Origin: a bacterium
GTDB taxonomy: Bacteria; Margulisbacteria; WOR-1; O2-12-FULL-45-9; XYB2-FULL-48-7
NCBI GenBank assembly: GCA_043812655.1
Contig: JBDRLW010000003.1
Location: forward strand, 21,125 to 85,124
Direction: 5' to 3'
DNA length: 64,000 bases
Below, one piece after another: positions 54,998 through 63,745 of the stretch. A program made the translations under genes and the position numbers. Position 1 is the stretch's first letter. Each line of letters begins with the position of its first letter. Below the pieces are notes generated by a model that saw only the letters and a list, made by a program, of their open reading frames with translations, did no database searches and was not told where the DNA came from.

Positions 54998-56218
54998 ATG
55001 GCTGAAAGAACTGCCGGTAAACCGGAAATTAGCTCGCAAAAAAGGGCGATAAAACTACCGCCGGCGATCGGTGATTGGACCACCTATCACCCTCCGCAGA
55101 TCCTGGTCAAAAAAGTTAAGACCGGGCTTTACGGTTTTGACCGCTTATCCGAAGAAGAATTGGATCATGTCCTCCTTATCCACTACCGTTTTATCGAACA
55201 ATTGTTCAAGCAATTCAAGACCGACCTGCGGCTGGGCATTGAATTTTTCTCTTGCCAGGTAGAACAAACTACTTACCTGAATTTTTTAAGGAAGATCACT
55301 GACCCTGTCACCCAGGGAAAAATTAAACTTGAAGGGTTCCACGATCCGGTCCAGCTATTTTTTGACCTTAATCTCACTAACTCCCTGATCAACCACGCGC
55401 TTGGCAGCAGCGACCTAGAACCAATAAACCGGTCTTTAACCGAAGCCGAAACAGTAGTCTTAACGACCGCTTTGAACGAATATCTCCCCCACTACACTAA
55501 AAACTTTGAACAACCGACCCTCGCGGCTGAATATGTCCTGGTCAGTTCGCCCGATGTAACCCTCGACCAATCGATCAGCCCGGCTTCAACTTTTGTTTTC
55601 TTTTTGGCTGAAGTAGCACTGAACGATAACCCGGCCGGTAAAATTATCTTTGGCTACCCGGTCGCTTTGCTAAAAAACCTGCTTAAGACTTACCAGGAAA
55701 AGACCGCGGTCAAGCCGCTTAATTTCAACCGTTTAAGTTCCGCCGCCTTGAATAAGATCAAAGTCCCAGCCAAGGCGATCTTGGGGACCACGACACTTTT
55801 AATGTCCGAACTTCACTCGCTGGAGGTCGGAGACGTAGTTTCGCTCGATACCGCGATCAACTCGCCGGTAACTTTGTCGCTTGGCAACTTGCTTAAAGTT
55901 TTATGCCAGCCCGGCCAAATAAATAAAAAGAAATCGGTCCGGATCGCCGGCTTTGAAGCTGAAGAAAAATTAGAGCTTGAACCACCGTTGCAATTCCCTG
56001 AAGCAGAGGAGGAACAAGGCATAGGTGAAGACACAGGCGTAGGCGTGGGCATAGGAGAGACAGAAGACCAAGCCGAAGAAAATGAGACAGAGGTTTTACC
56101 GGAAGAAGAAGAGGAAGAATTCAAAGAAGAAGACCTCTTCCCCGAAGATTTTGAAGAAGACTTAAGCGAAGAAGAAGAAGAAGAAGAAGAAGAAGAAGAA
56201 GAAAAGGAGGGTTCATAA
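54998..56218 (+). CDS. fliM: flagellar motor switch protein FliM-like with C-terminal poly-Glu tail
   Basis: 'DRLSEEELDHVLLIHYRF' resembles the FliM 'LSQDEIDALL' region. Position precedes fliN. Acidic EEEEEEEEEEEE tail. Confidence 0.5.
   Translation: MAERTAGKPEISSQKRAIKLPPAIGDWTTYHPPQILVKKVKTGLYGFDRLSEEELDHVLLIHYRFIEQLFKQFKTDLRLGIEFFSCQVEQTTYLNFLRKITDPVTQGKIKLEGFHDPVQLFFDLNLTNSLINHALGSSDLEPINRSLTEAETVVLTTALNEYLPHYTKNFEQPTLAAEYVLVSSPDVTLDQSISPASTFVFFLAEVALNDNPAGKIIFGYPVALLKNLLKTYQEKTAVKPLNFNRLSSAALNKIKVPAKAILGTTTLLMSELHSLEVGDVVSLDTAINSPVTLSLGNLLKVLCQPGQINKKKSVRIAGFEAEEKLELEPPLQFPEAEEEQGIGEDTGVGVGIGETEDQAEENETEVLPEEEEEEFKEEDLFPEDFEEDLSEEEEEEEEEEEEKEGS
56168..56206. repeat. (GAA)13 trinucleotide microsatellite at the 3' end of fliM, immediately upstream of the fliN ribosome-binding site
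   Basis: 'gaagaagaagaagaagaagaagaagaagaagaagaagaa' read directly, followed by 'aaggagg' and ATG at 56218. Confidence 0.85.
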
Positions 56219-56508
56219 TGGAAGTGCAAAATGTTAAATTTCCCGACCTGCCGGAAGGTGAAAAGGGAGAAAAGATGGAGGCCAGGGCGCTGGGTGACGT
56301 CCCGGTAATGGTCACTGTCGAACTGGGCGGCGCCCAATTATCGCTCAAAGAGATCCTTGATTTTTCCGAAGGGTCTATTGTTGAGCTCAATCGCTTGGCT
56401 GGAGAACCGCTCGACCTGAAGGTCGGCGGCCAGGTGGTGGCACAGGGAGAAGTTGTGGCGGTTGACGATTATTATGGTTTGCGGATCACTAACGTGGTGA
56501 TGAAGTGA
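56218..56508 (+). CDS. fliN: flagellar motor switch protein FliN (SpoA domain)
   Basis: 'VPVMVTVELGGAQLSLKEILDFSEGSIVELNRLAGEPLDLKVGGQVVAQGEVVAVDDYYGLRITNVV' is the canonical FliN C-terminal domain. Confidence 0.8.
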   Translation: MEVQNVKFPDLPEGEKGEKMEARALGDVPVMVTVELGGAQLSLKEILDFSEGSIVELNRLAGEPLDLKVGGQVVAQGEVVAVDDYYGLRITNVVMK

Positions 56509-56795
56509 CGACAGAGACCCTGGTGCTACAATCGTCCCCGATCATTACGACCGGCTATATTATGCAAGTGTTTCTTTCCCTTTTGATCGTCGTGGCCCTG
56601 ATCTACGTCGGCGCCAAGTATCTTTTGCCCAAGTTCAAGGTTGACAGCCGAAGTAAGCTGATCAAGATCGTCGACCGCGTCTACCTGGAGCCGCAAGTTA
56701 GCGCTTACATATTAAAGGTCGGCAAAAAAGCCTGGCTCTTGGCGGTTAGCAATAAACAGATCACCAAAATTGACCAGGTCGAAGAGGAGTTTTAA
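56505..56795 (+). CDS. fliO: flagellar biosynthesis protein FliO/FliZ-like (single TM)
   Basis: 96 aa with one TM 'VFLSLLIVVALIYVGAKYLL'. Position between fliN and fliP. Confidence 0.45.
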   Translation: MTTETLVLQSSPIITTGYIMQVFLSLLIVVALIYVGAKYLLPKFKVDSRSKLIKIVDRVYLEPQVSAYILKVGKKAWLLAVSNKQITKIDQVEEEF

Positions 56796-57460
56796 TGGCA
56801 CCGCTTGATTTTAACCAGCTCCTCGCTTCGCCCCAATTTTCTAACAGCATCAATGTGATCCTCTCGCTCGCTATGATCTCGCTGATCCCTTTCTTTTTGG
56901 TCTCTGTCACTTCATTCTTGCGGATCATTATTGTTTTCTCGCTTTTGCGGACAGCGATCGGCACCCAGCAAGTCCCGCCCAGCTCTGTTCTGCTTGGGCT
57001 AGCGCTTTTCATGACGGTTTTTATCATGTCGCCGGTCTGGCAGGAGATCAACACTAACGCAGTTATCCCTTACAACACTAAAAAGATCTCGCAGGCCAAA
57101 GCCTTTGAAGTCGGCTCAAAACCACTGATGCAATTCATGCTCAAACAGACCAGGGAAAAAGATCTAGCGCTTTTTGTCCAGTTCTCCAAGATCCCGCCGC
57201 CCAAAACCGCCGACCAAGTCCCGTTCTATGTTCTAGTCCCGTCCTTTATGATCTCGGAGCTTAAAACCGCTTTCCAGATCGGCTTTTTGCTCTTTATCCC
57301 ATTTGTTATTATTGACCTGGTCGTCGCTAATATTTTACTGTCACTCGGCATGTTCATGTTGTCGCCAGTCATGGTCTCCCTTCCTTTCAAGATCCTTTTA
57401 TTTGTCCTGGTCGACGGTTGGAATTTGATCACCCGCGGCCTGCTGATGAGTTTTAAATGA
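56795..57460 (+). CDS. fliP: flagellar type III export apparatus protein FliP
   Basis: 'LLRTAIGTQQVPP', 'LALFMTVFIMSPV' and 'GFLLFIPFVIIDLVVANILLSLGMFMLSP' are FliP family signatures. Confidence 0.85.
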   Translation: MAPLDFNQLLASPQFSNSINVILSLAMISLIPFFLVSVTSFLRIIIVFSLLRTAIGTQQVPPSSVLLGLALFMTVFIMSPVWQEINTNAVIPYNTKKISQAKAFEVGSKPLMQFMLKQTREKDLALFVQFSKIPPPKTADQVPFYVLVPSFMISELKTAFQIGFLLFIPFVIIDLVVANILLSLGMFMLSPVMVSLPFKILLFVLVDGWNLITRGLLMSFK

Positions 57461-57726
57461 ACCAAGATTTTGCCGTAAATGTTTTGTATCAGGCCATTTA
57501 TCTGACGCTCCTTATTTCCGCTCCAGCCGTCGGCATTGGCCTCTTGGTCGGTTTTATTATCAGCCTCTTCCAGGCGGTTACCCAGATCCAAGAGCAAACG
57601 CTAACCTTTGTCCCTAAAGTGATCTCGGTTTTATTAATGATCGCTTTTACTTCGCCTTGGATCTTTTCCATGATCGTTGATTTTACCAACACCCTCTGGA
57701 GCGCTATTCCTAACATGGCCAAATGA
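57457..57726 (+). CDS. fliQ: flagellar export apparatus protein FliQ
   Basis: 89 aa. 'LISLFQAVTQIQEQTLTFVPK' matches the FliQ consensus. Confidence 0.85.
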   Translation: MNQDFAVNVLYQAIYLTLLISAPAVGIGLLVGFIISLFQAVTQIQEQTLTFVPKVISVLLMIAFTSPWIFSMIVDFTNTLWSAIPNMAK

Positions 57727-58496
57727 TCATCTCGAGCATCCAGCTAACGGCTGGACTTTTGATCCTAGCCCGGATCGCCGGCGTTTTTATCCAAGCCCCA
57801 TTGTTTAGTTCCAGAAGCTTCCCCATGCAAGCCAAAACGGCTTTCGCAATTTGGCTGGCTGCCCTGCTCTGGTTCGTTACTCCTATTTCGCCAGGATTGC
57901 CAACTGATTTTTTTTCATTCGTTATCGCTTTAACGTTTGAAGTTATTATCGGCTACTTGATCGGTTTTGTCTGTTATATCATTTTTATCGCCCTGCAATC
58001 AGGCGGCGAAATTATCGACCTGCAAATGGGGTTATCCGTCGCGTCGGCCCTTGACCCGGTCTTTGGCGCGGTCATTTCGGTCATTGGCCGCTTGATCTTT
58101 TTTGTCACACTGCTTATTTTTATTACTTTAGACGGGCACCACCTGCTCCTTTCCGCTTTTCATCAAAGCTTCACACTTATTCCAGCCGGGAAGATCCCTA
58201 ACCTTATGTCTTACGACTTATTTAACCAGCTGATGGGCCTCGGAACAATGCTCTGGTTAACCGCGATCAAGATCGCCGCCCCCATTATCCTTTTAATATT
58301 TTTGGCCGATTTTACGTTTGGCATCGTTTCGCGCGTCGCTCCTCAAGTTAATGTCTTCATGTTAGGTTTCCAGATCAAGCCGATCTTGGGTCTTTTTGCT
58401 ATTTCCCTCCTTAGCCCCTTTCTGTTAAGATACGTAGAGAAATTAATTGAAGTGATGGGGTCAGAAGTCCTCAAACTTCTAACCATTATCAAATAG
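57723..58496 (+). CDS. fliR: flagellar export apparatus protein FliR
   Basis: 257 aa polytopic protein. 'GLSVASALDP' and 'LIPAG' resemble FliR motifs. Confidence 0.8.
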   Translation: MIISSIQLTAGLLILARIAGVFIQAPLFSSRSFPMQAKTAFAIWLAALLWFVTPISPGLPTDFFSFVIALTFEVIIGYLIGFVCYIIFIALQSGGEIIDLQMGLSVASALDPVFGAVISVIGRLIFFVTLLIFITLDGHHLLLSAFHQSFTLIPAGKIPNLMSYDLFNQLMGLGTMLWLTAIKIAAPIILLIFLADFTFGIVSRVAPQVNVFMLGFQIKPILGLFAISLLSPFLLRYVEKLIEVMGSEVLKLLTIIK

Positions 58497-58508
58497 AAGG
58501 AGAGAAAA

Positions 58509-59609
58509 ATGGCCGAAGGCGGCGATAAATCAGAAGAACCAACGCCCCACCGCCTGCGCGAAGCCCGGGAAAAGGGCCAGGTCGCCAAAAGCAAGGAAAT
58601 TACGACTGCTTTTCTGCTTCTTCTTTCCTATTTTATTTTCCGCTATTTAGGCGAATTTATGTGGCGCAACCTAGTGGAAATGGCCCAAGGAATATTCCAG
58701 CTTATTCCACAGGCTAAAGAGTTCAACCTTTCTTTTGCCGGTTATGTTATGCTGATCGGCCTGCGGGCCATGGCGTTTGTCCTCCTCCCTATTTTAGGGT
58801 CGGTTTTTCTCATCGGTTTTTTAGCGGAGGCGCTGCAAACCGGTTTGGTCTTTGCCGCTGATCCCCTAAGCCCAAAAATAGAAAGGATCAACCCGCTCGA
58901 AGGGTTTAAGCGGATGTTTTCAATCCAAGGGTTTGTTGAGCTTTTAAAATCTCTTTTAAAGATCATCATTGTTTTCTATATCTCTTGGTACGCTTGTAAA
59001 GATGACCTCCCTTACATTATTGTTTTGATCGAAGCCCATCCTTGGGACGCGCTCGTCTTGGGCGGTGACATTGCCTACCGGATCGCGATCAGGGTCGGCA
59101 TGTTCTATATTGCCATCGCCATCCTGGATTATTTTTACAAACGCTGGGAATACATGCGTAATCTCAAGATGACCAAACAGGAAGTGAAGGAAGAATATAA
59201 GCGGCTGGAAGGAGACCCAATGGTCAAGCAAAGGATGCGCGACCTCCAGCGCCAGGTAGCCCAACAGCGGATGATGTCGGCTGTGCCCAAAGCGGACGTG
59301 GTCGTCACCAACCCCACCCATTTGGCGATCGCCTTAAAATACGACGTCGCAAAAATGAAAGCGCCGGTCGTTTTAGCCAAGGGGGAAAGAAAGATCGCGG
59401 AAGAAATCCGGCGCATTGCCGAAGCCCATGAAATAAGCATTGTCAGGAATGAAGTTCTAGCCCGGTCAATTTATAAAACGACCAGAGTTAACCAAGAAGT
59501 TCCCGCCGATCTTTACCAGGCGATCGCTGAAGTCCTAGCGTACGTTTACAAGATTAAAAGAGACAGGGAAGCCAGGAAAAAAGCGTCTATTGCCCTGGCT
59601 CCCAGGTAG
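58509..59609 (+). CDS. flhB: flagellar export apparatus protein FlhB
   Basis: 'MAEGGDKSEEPTPHRLREAREKGQVAKSKE' N-terminus. NPTH autocleavage site 'VVVTNPTHLAIAL'. Confidence 0.85.
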   Translation: MAEGGDKSEEPTPHRLREAREKGQVAKSKEITTAFLLLLSYFIFRYLGEFMWRNLVEMAQGIFQLIPQAKEFNLSFAGYVMLIGLRAMAFVLLPILGSVFLIGFLAEALQTGLVFAADPLSPKIERINPLEGFKRMFSIQGFVELLKSLLKIIIVFYISWYACKDDLPYIIVLIEAHPWDALVLGGDIAYRIAIRVGMFYIAIAILDYFYKRWEYMRNLKMTKQEVKEEYKRLEGDPMVKQRMRDLQRQVAQQRMMSAVPKADVVVTNPTHLAIALKYDVAKMKAPVVLAKGERKIAEEIRRIAEAHEISIVRNEVLARSIYKTTRVNQEVPADLYQAIAEVLAYVYKIKRDREARKKASIALAPR

Positions 59610-59629
59610 GTATATAATCGAGGGAAATC

Positions 59630-61717
59630 ATGGCAGCACCTGGACTTGACCTAAGGGATATCCGCAAACTTTTCTCGACCGGCGATTTCATGGTTGCCGG
59701 CGTTCTTGTTGTCATTATCGCTTTGATGCTGGTTCCCCTTCCCCCTTTCTTCCTGGATATTTTACTCACGATGAACATTGCTTTTTCACTTGTCATATTA
59801 CTAGTGGCAATGTATCTAAAAGAGCCGCTGGAATTCGCCTCCTTCCCCTCGATCCTCTTGATAGTTACGGTCTTGCGCTTGGCCCTTAACATCGCGGCTT
59901 CCCGGCTCATCCTTTCTAATGCTTATGCCGGCCAAGTGGTCGAGGCTTTCGGTAATTTCGTCGTCGGCGGAAATTATATCGTTGGCACGATCATTTTTAT
60001 CATCATTACGATCGTTAATTTCGTTGTCATCACCAAAGGTTCGGAGCGGGTAGCCGAAGTTGCCGCCCGGTTCACCTTGGACGCGATGCCCGGCAAACAA
60101 ATGTCGATCGATGCCGATCTCAACGCCGGACTGATCGACGCGACCGAAGCCCGGGGAAGACGGCGGAAGATAGAACAAGAGGCAACTTTCTTTGGCAGTA
60201 TGGACGGTGCCAATAAATTTGTCCGTGGAGACTCTATTGCCGGCATCATTATCGTCATAGTAAATATTTTGGGTGGTGTCCTGGTCGGCTGGCTTCAGCT
60301 AGGGATGGCTCCGCTGGAAGCCCTCTCAATCTATGCCCTGTTGACCATTGGCGCCGGGCTGATCGCCCAGGTTACCGCCCTGCTTATCTCGATCGGCACC
60401 GGTTTAGTCATTACCAAATCTGCCTCGGAGCTTAGCCTTGGCAACGACGTCTCCAAACAACTTTTTGCCCAGCCAAGAGCTTTCGCTTTCGTCTGTCTGA
60501 TCCTTGGCATCTTTGCGATGATCCCGGGATTGCCAACTGTCCCCTTTTTAATAATGGCGTCAGCTTCCGGCGCCTTAGCGCTTGTCTTACTGCGCGCCCA
60601 ATCGGCGTCAGAAGAAGCAAAGGTCGTGACCGAAGAGGTCTCCGCCAAAGATGTCCTGAAAAAACCGGAAAGCATCCTTGGCACGCTCGGGCTTGATCCG
60701 CTCTCCCTAAAAGCGGGGCGTAATTTGATCCCGCTGATCGACCCTGGCCAAAAAGGCCCGCTGCTTGAGCGGATCACTTTGATCCGTTACAACATCGGCC
60801 AGGAGCTTGGGTTTGTCATCCCCGGAGTCCGGGTCATGGATGACCTGAGCCTGCCGCCGCAGCAGTATACCGTTGAGATCCGAGGGACCAAAGTCTCGAA
60901 CGGTGAAGCTTATGTCGGCAGCCATCTAATTGATATGTCGCTCGCCCAAGCCAAGGCCAAAAAACTTTCTGGCATTGAAGCCAAGGACCCATTATCAAAT
61001 GACCTGGTCACTTGGGTGCCGGATGATCTTCTTCCCCAACTGCAAAAGCTGGGGATCACCGCTAAGCCACCAGTTGATGTCATCTCCGACCATTTCTCGG
61101 AGATCGTAAAGCGTTACGCCGACGAAATAATGACGAGGCAAAATGTCCAGTCGCTCATTGAATTAGTTAAAAATAATAATGCCGCGATCGTCCGCGAGCT
61201 TATCCCCGACCTCTTATCTCTCGGCCAAGTGCATAAAGTCTTGCAGCTCTTGGTCAGGGAGCGCGTTTCTATCCGCGACCTGTCAACGATCCTTGAACGT
61301 TTAGCTGATTATGCCCATCTTTCAAGAGATATTAATATTTTGGCCGAATACGTCAGGCAATCGCTGGCAAGGCAAATATGCGAAGCTTACACGGATAAGA
61401 AAGGGGTTATTACGGTCGTCACCATCGATCCGGGCTTGGAAGAAACCTTGATCGGTTCGATCCACCAATCAGAGTATGGTTCTTTCTTGGCGGTCGATCC
61501 CAATGTCGGCGAAAAGATATTGGTCCAAATTTCCGGCCACATCCAAAACTTTAAACGCTTAAAACTTAAGCCGGTCATCCTTTGCTCCCCAAGATTACGG
61601 CCGCACTTTAAACGCTTTATAGAAAGAAGCTATCCTGACCTGGCCGTCCTTTCTTATAATGAAATTGTCCCGCAAGTCAAAGTCCAATCGATCGGCATGA
61701 TCGGGGTCGAGTCATAA
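59630..61717 (+). CDS. flhA: flagellar export apparatus protein FlhA
   Basis: 695 aa. 'FVVITKGSERVAEVAARFTLDAMPGKQMSIDADL' and 'RGRRRKIEQEA' match the FHIPEP conserved region. C-terminal cytoplasmic domain present. Confidence 0.9.
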   Translation: MAAPGLDLRDIRKLFSTGDFMVAGVLVVIIALMLVPLPPFFLDILLTMNIAFSLVILLVAMYLKEPLEFASFPSILLIVTVLRLALNIAASRLILSNAYAGQVVEAFGNFVVGGNYIVGTIIFIIITIVNFVVITKGSERVAEVAARFTLDAMPGKQMSIDADLNAGLIDATEARGRRRKIEQEATFFGSMDGANKFVRGDSIAGIIIVIVNILGGVLVGWLQLGMAPLEALSIYALLTIGAGLIAQVTALLISIGTGLVITKSASELSLGNDVSKQLFAQPRAFAFVCLILGIFAMIPGLPTVPFLIMASASGALALVLLRAQSASEEAKVVTEEVSAKDVLKKPESILGTLGLDPLSLKAGRNLIPLIDPGQKGPLLERITLIRYNIGQELGFVIPGVRVMDDLSLPPQQYTVEIRGTKVSNGEAYVGSHLIDMSLAQAKAKKLSGIEAKDPLSNDLVTWVPDDLLPQLQKLGITAKPPVDVISDHFSEIVKRYADEIMTRQNVQSLIELVKNNNAAIVRELIPDLLSLGQVHKVLQLLVRERVSIRDLSTILERLADYAHLSRDINILAEYVRQSLARQICEAYTDKKGVITVVTIDPGLEETLIGSIHQSEYGSFLAVDPNVGEKILVQISGHIQNFKRLKLKPVILCSPRLRPHFKRFIERSYPDLAVLSYNEIVPQVKVQSIGMIGVES

Positions 61718-61964
61718 ATGTTTACAATTCCCCCCGCCTTTGCTACAATATCAAGGCCTTGACAATACGACGGATAGACCAATCAAAATCAAAAGAGTTA
61801 CGGAAGATCGGCCGCGCCGGCATAGAAGATGCCCCGCCAGCCGGTATCTCTCCAGTTTTACGGGCTTCCTGGCGCTTTGCCAGGGACACAGCCGAAAGAT
61901 TTAATAAGGAACTGCTAAACGACCGGACAAAAGAATTCCTTAAAAGTTTAGCTAGAAAGTTCTC

Positions 61965-62555
61965 ATGACCACGCGCCGTGAAGTTGAAGACCGCATAGTC
62001 TCCCTTATCCGCGAACAATTCCTAAAGCATAGCGATGAAACGCTTGAAAAATATAAGAACCAGATCAATGCTACCGTTAGATGGTATGTCTCCACCCTGC
62101 CCCGCCATATCGCTTCTTCGGAGGCGCATGACCTGGAATCGGAAGCCAAGATCGCGTTCGTCGAATGTTTAAAGACCTGGGACCCGCGGAAAGGCAATTT
62201 GTGGACGTATGTCTCGGTCCGCCTCAAAGGCTCGATGCAGGATTACCTCCGCAAGCGCGGCGGCGACCCGGTGGCCGGCCTGTACGAATTCGTCGCTTCG
62301 GCCGCCAATGTCTACATGGCTTTTAACAAGAAGAATATTGTCCATGAAGAAGTCGATAAGCTCTCAAACCTGGATTCGGTCATGAAAGACTTTTCAAACA
62401 AAGAAAAAACCGTGCTGGAAAATTATTATCAGAATGACAAGACCTTTAAAGAGATAGGCAAAGAGATCGGCCTTTCCGAATCGCAAGTTTCGCGCATTTG
62501 CAAAGAAGCCACTCTCAAATTGAAAAAAGGTTTAAAAGCCGAAGACGAAGAATAA
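61965..62555 (+). CDS. sigma-70 family RNA polymerase sigma factor, FliA/WhiG-like (short form)
   Basis: The region-2-like 'IAFVECLKTWDPRKGNLWTYVSVRLKGSMQDYLRK' and the region 4 HTH 'TFKEIGKEIGLSESQVSRICKEATLKLKK' are both present. 196 aa. Lies downstream of flhA. Confidence 0.6.
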   Translation: MTTRREVEDRIVSLIREQFLKHSDETLEKYKNQINATVRWYVSTLPRHIASSEAHDLESEAKIAFVECLKTWDPRKGNLWTYVSVRLKGSMQDYLRKRGGDPVAGLYEFVASAANVYMAFNKKNIVHEEVDKLSNLDSVMKDFSNKEKTVLENYYQNDKTFKEIGKEIGLSESQVSRICKEATLKLKKGLKAEDEE

Positions 62556-62557
62556 TT

Positions 62558-62581
62558 GGGGCCCCCAGGATCAGAGGCCCC
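62558..62581. terminator. GC-rich hairpin, candidate bidirectional terminator between the sigma factor gene (+) and the Cys-rich peptide gene (-)
   Basis: 'GGGGCCcccaggatcagaGGCCCC', a 6-bp GC stem, sits right after the stop at 62555. Confidence 0.5.
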
Positions 62582-62601
62582 AATCGCTAGTCACTCCCCA
62601 G

Positions 62602-62826
62602 TTATTTCACGCAATGAGTTTTACTTTTGTGACAATTTTTTGGACAACCGCAATCACGGCATTTTTTAGCAGGATCGCATTTGGTTTTGTCACAAGTTTG
62701 GCAGAGCTTCACTGGACAATTGCCGGCCTGGCATTTGGCAAGAACTGGTTCTTTTACCGCGGCCAGAGCAACGCTTCCGCCTAAGATCAAAGCCAAGAGA
62801 AGTGAAGACAATATCGTTTTTTTCAT
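62602..62826 (-). CDS. small secreted cysteine-rich protein (12 Cys in about 50 mature residues)
   Basis: Signal peptide 'MKKTILSSLLLALILGGSVALAAV'. Mature part 'CQAGNCPVKLCQTCDKTKCDPAKKCRDCGCPKNCHKSKTHC'. Confidence 0.45.
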   Translation of the reverse strand: MKKTILSSLLLALILGGSVALAAVKEPVLAKCQAGNCPVKLCQTCDKTKCDPAKKCRDCGCPKNCHKSKTHCVK

Positions 62827-62876
62827 AAGAGACCTCCTAAATTTTATTTGATCAGGATCAGTACAAATGGCTGGTC

Positions 62877-63188
62877 TTAAGCTAAAGGCGGGCCATTGGG
62901 AGGGTGCAAGATCTTATTTTGCACCGAAGAATAGAGAGGAGCTATTTCTCTGACTTTAAAAAGAGCCGAAATTTTTAAGATCGGCATGGCTTTATTCGAA
63001 GCGGCAAGGCTAGTTAAATGCAGCGTTGGCGTTTCAAATTGGCTATCGGCTACTTTATCTTGCGCCGACTCCATCGAGCATTGGTTGGTTTCATGATGGC
63101 AACAATTACAATGGGTTTGCGTATAACAGACCGGCTGGCTAATTAAAAAAAACGGCAAAAGATAGGCAAGGCACATCTTTTTAAGCAT
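62877..63188 (-). CDS. putative secreted protein with Cys/His cluster
   Basis: Hydrophobic N-terminus 'MCLAYLLPFFLISQPVCY' and a 'HCNCCHHETNQC' cluster. Weak ORF support. Confidence 0.3.
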   Translation of the reverse strand: MLKKMCLAYLLPFFLISQPVCYTQTHCNCCHHETNQCSMESAQDKVADSQFETPTLHLTSLAASNKAMPILKISALFKVREIAPLYSSVQNKILHPPNGPPLA

Positions 63189-63307
63189 GTTATAAGTGTA
63201 GGCATTAAAACTGATAAAAGCAAGGGTTTACAGACAAATCTTGAGTTGTTTAATGATGATCAATGTTGTCGCTGCCAATCTTTTAGTGTAAAATGATGAC
63301 TTATCAT

Positions 63308-63380
63308 GCGGGAGTAGCTCAGCTGGTAGAGCTTCTGCTTCCCAAGCAGACGGTCGCGGGTTCGAACCCCGTCTCCCGCT
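63308..63380 (+). tRNA. tRNA-Gly (anticodon CCC)
   Basis: GCGGGAGTAGCTCAGCTGGTAGAGCTTCTGCTTCCCAAGCAGACGGTCGCGGGTTCGAACCCCGTCTCCCGCT. Anticodon loop TTCCCAA. Confidence 0.85.
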
Positions 63381-63388
63381 TTTTTATT

Positions 63389-63459
63389 GGCGGCATGGCC
63401 GAGTGGTTAGGCAGCGGTCTGCAAAACCGTTTACTCCAGTTCAAATCTGGATGCCGCCT
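63389..63459 (+). tRNA. tRNA-Cys (anticodon GCA)
   Basis: GGCGGCATGGCCGAGTGGTTAGGCAGCGGTCTGCAAAACCGTTTACTCCAGTTCAAATCTGGATGCCGCCT. Anticodon loop CTGCAAA. Confidence 0.85.
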
Positions 63460-63482
63460 TGTGTTATAATTATTGTATTGAT

Positions 63483-63649
63483 GCGCGCTTAGTCCCGACG
63501 ATTCGACTTGCGTCGAATGTCGGGATCCCGATTTCCGCTGTAAGCGGAACATCGGGACTCAGCTGGTTAGAGTACTTGTCCCGATGGTCATTAGAATAGA
63601 TAGTAATGGAATCATCGGGATCCCGAGGCTGAAGCTACCATTATTGCGC
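63483..63649 (+). pseudogene. duplicated tRNA-Val 5' fragments (acceptor plus D-arm) interrupted by two 'TCCCGACG...CGTCGGGATCCC' hairpin elements
   Basis: GCGCGCTTAG, then insert 1, then TCAGCTGGTTAGAGTACTTG, then insert 2 (63579-63645), then the intact tRNA-Val. Confidence 0.45.
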
Positions 63650-63723
63650 GCGCGCTTAGCTCAGCTGGTTAGAGTACTTGCTTGACAGGCAAGGGGTCAC
63701 AGGTTCGAAACCTGTAGCGCGCA
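63650..63723 (+). tRNA. tRNA-Val (anticodon GAC)
   Basis: GCGCGCTTAGCTCAGCTGGTTAGAGTACTTGCTTGACAGGCAAGGGGTCACAGGTTCGAAACCTGTAGCGCGCA. Anticodon loop TTGACAG. Confidence 0.85.
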
Positions 63724-63745
63724 ATAATGGATTAGTTTACTCGGG

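Noticed and set aside
55813-56337. 174-aa Ser-rich ORF antisense to the fliM tail and fliN start
   Set aside because: Poly-Ser arises simply from the complement of the (GAA)n poly-Glu tract. Shadow ORF.
59816-60777. Several 60-150-aa minus-strand ORFs inside flhA
   Set aside because: Antisense to a canonical FlhA coding sequence. GC-skewed Arg/Pro-rich translations typical of shadow frames.
61759-61968. 69-aa ORF between flhA and the sigma factor gene as a possible FlhF/FlhG remnant
   Set aside because: Too short and lacks a P-loop (no GxxxxGK[ST]). Kept only as an unexplained intergenic region in the findings.
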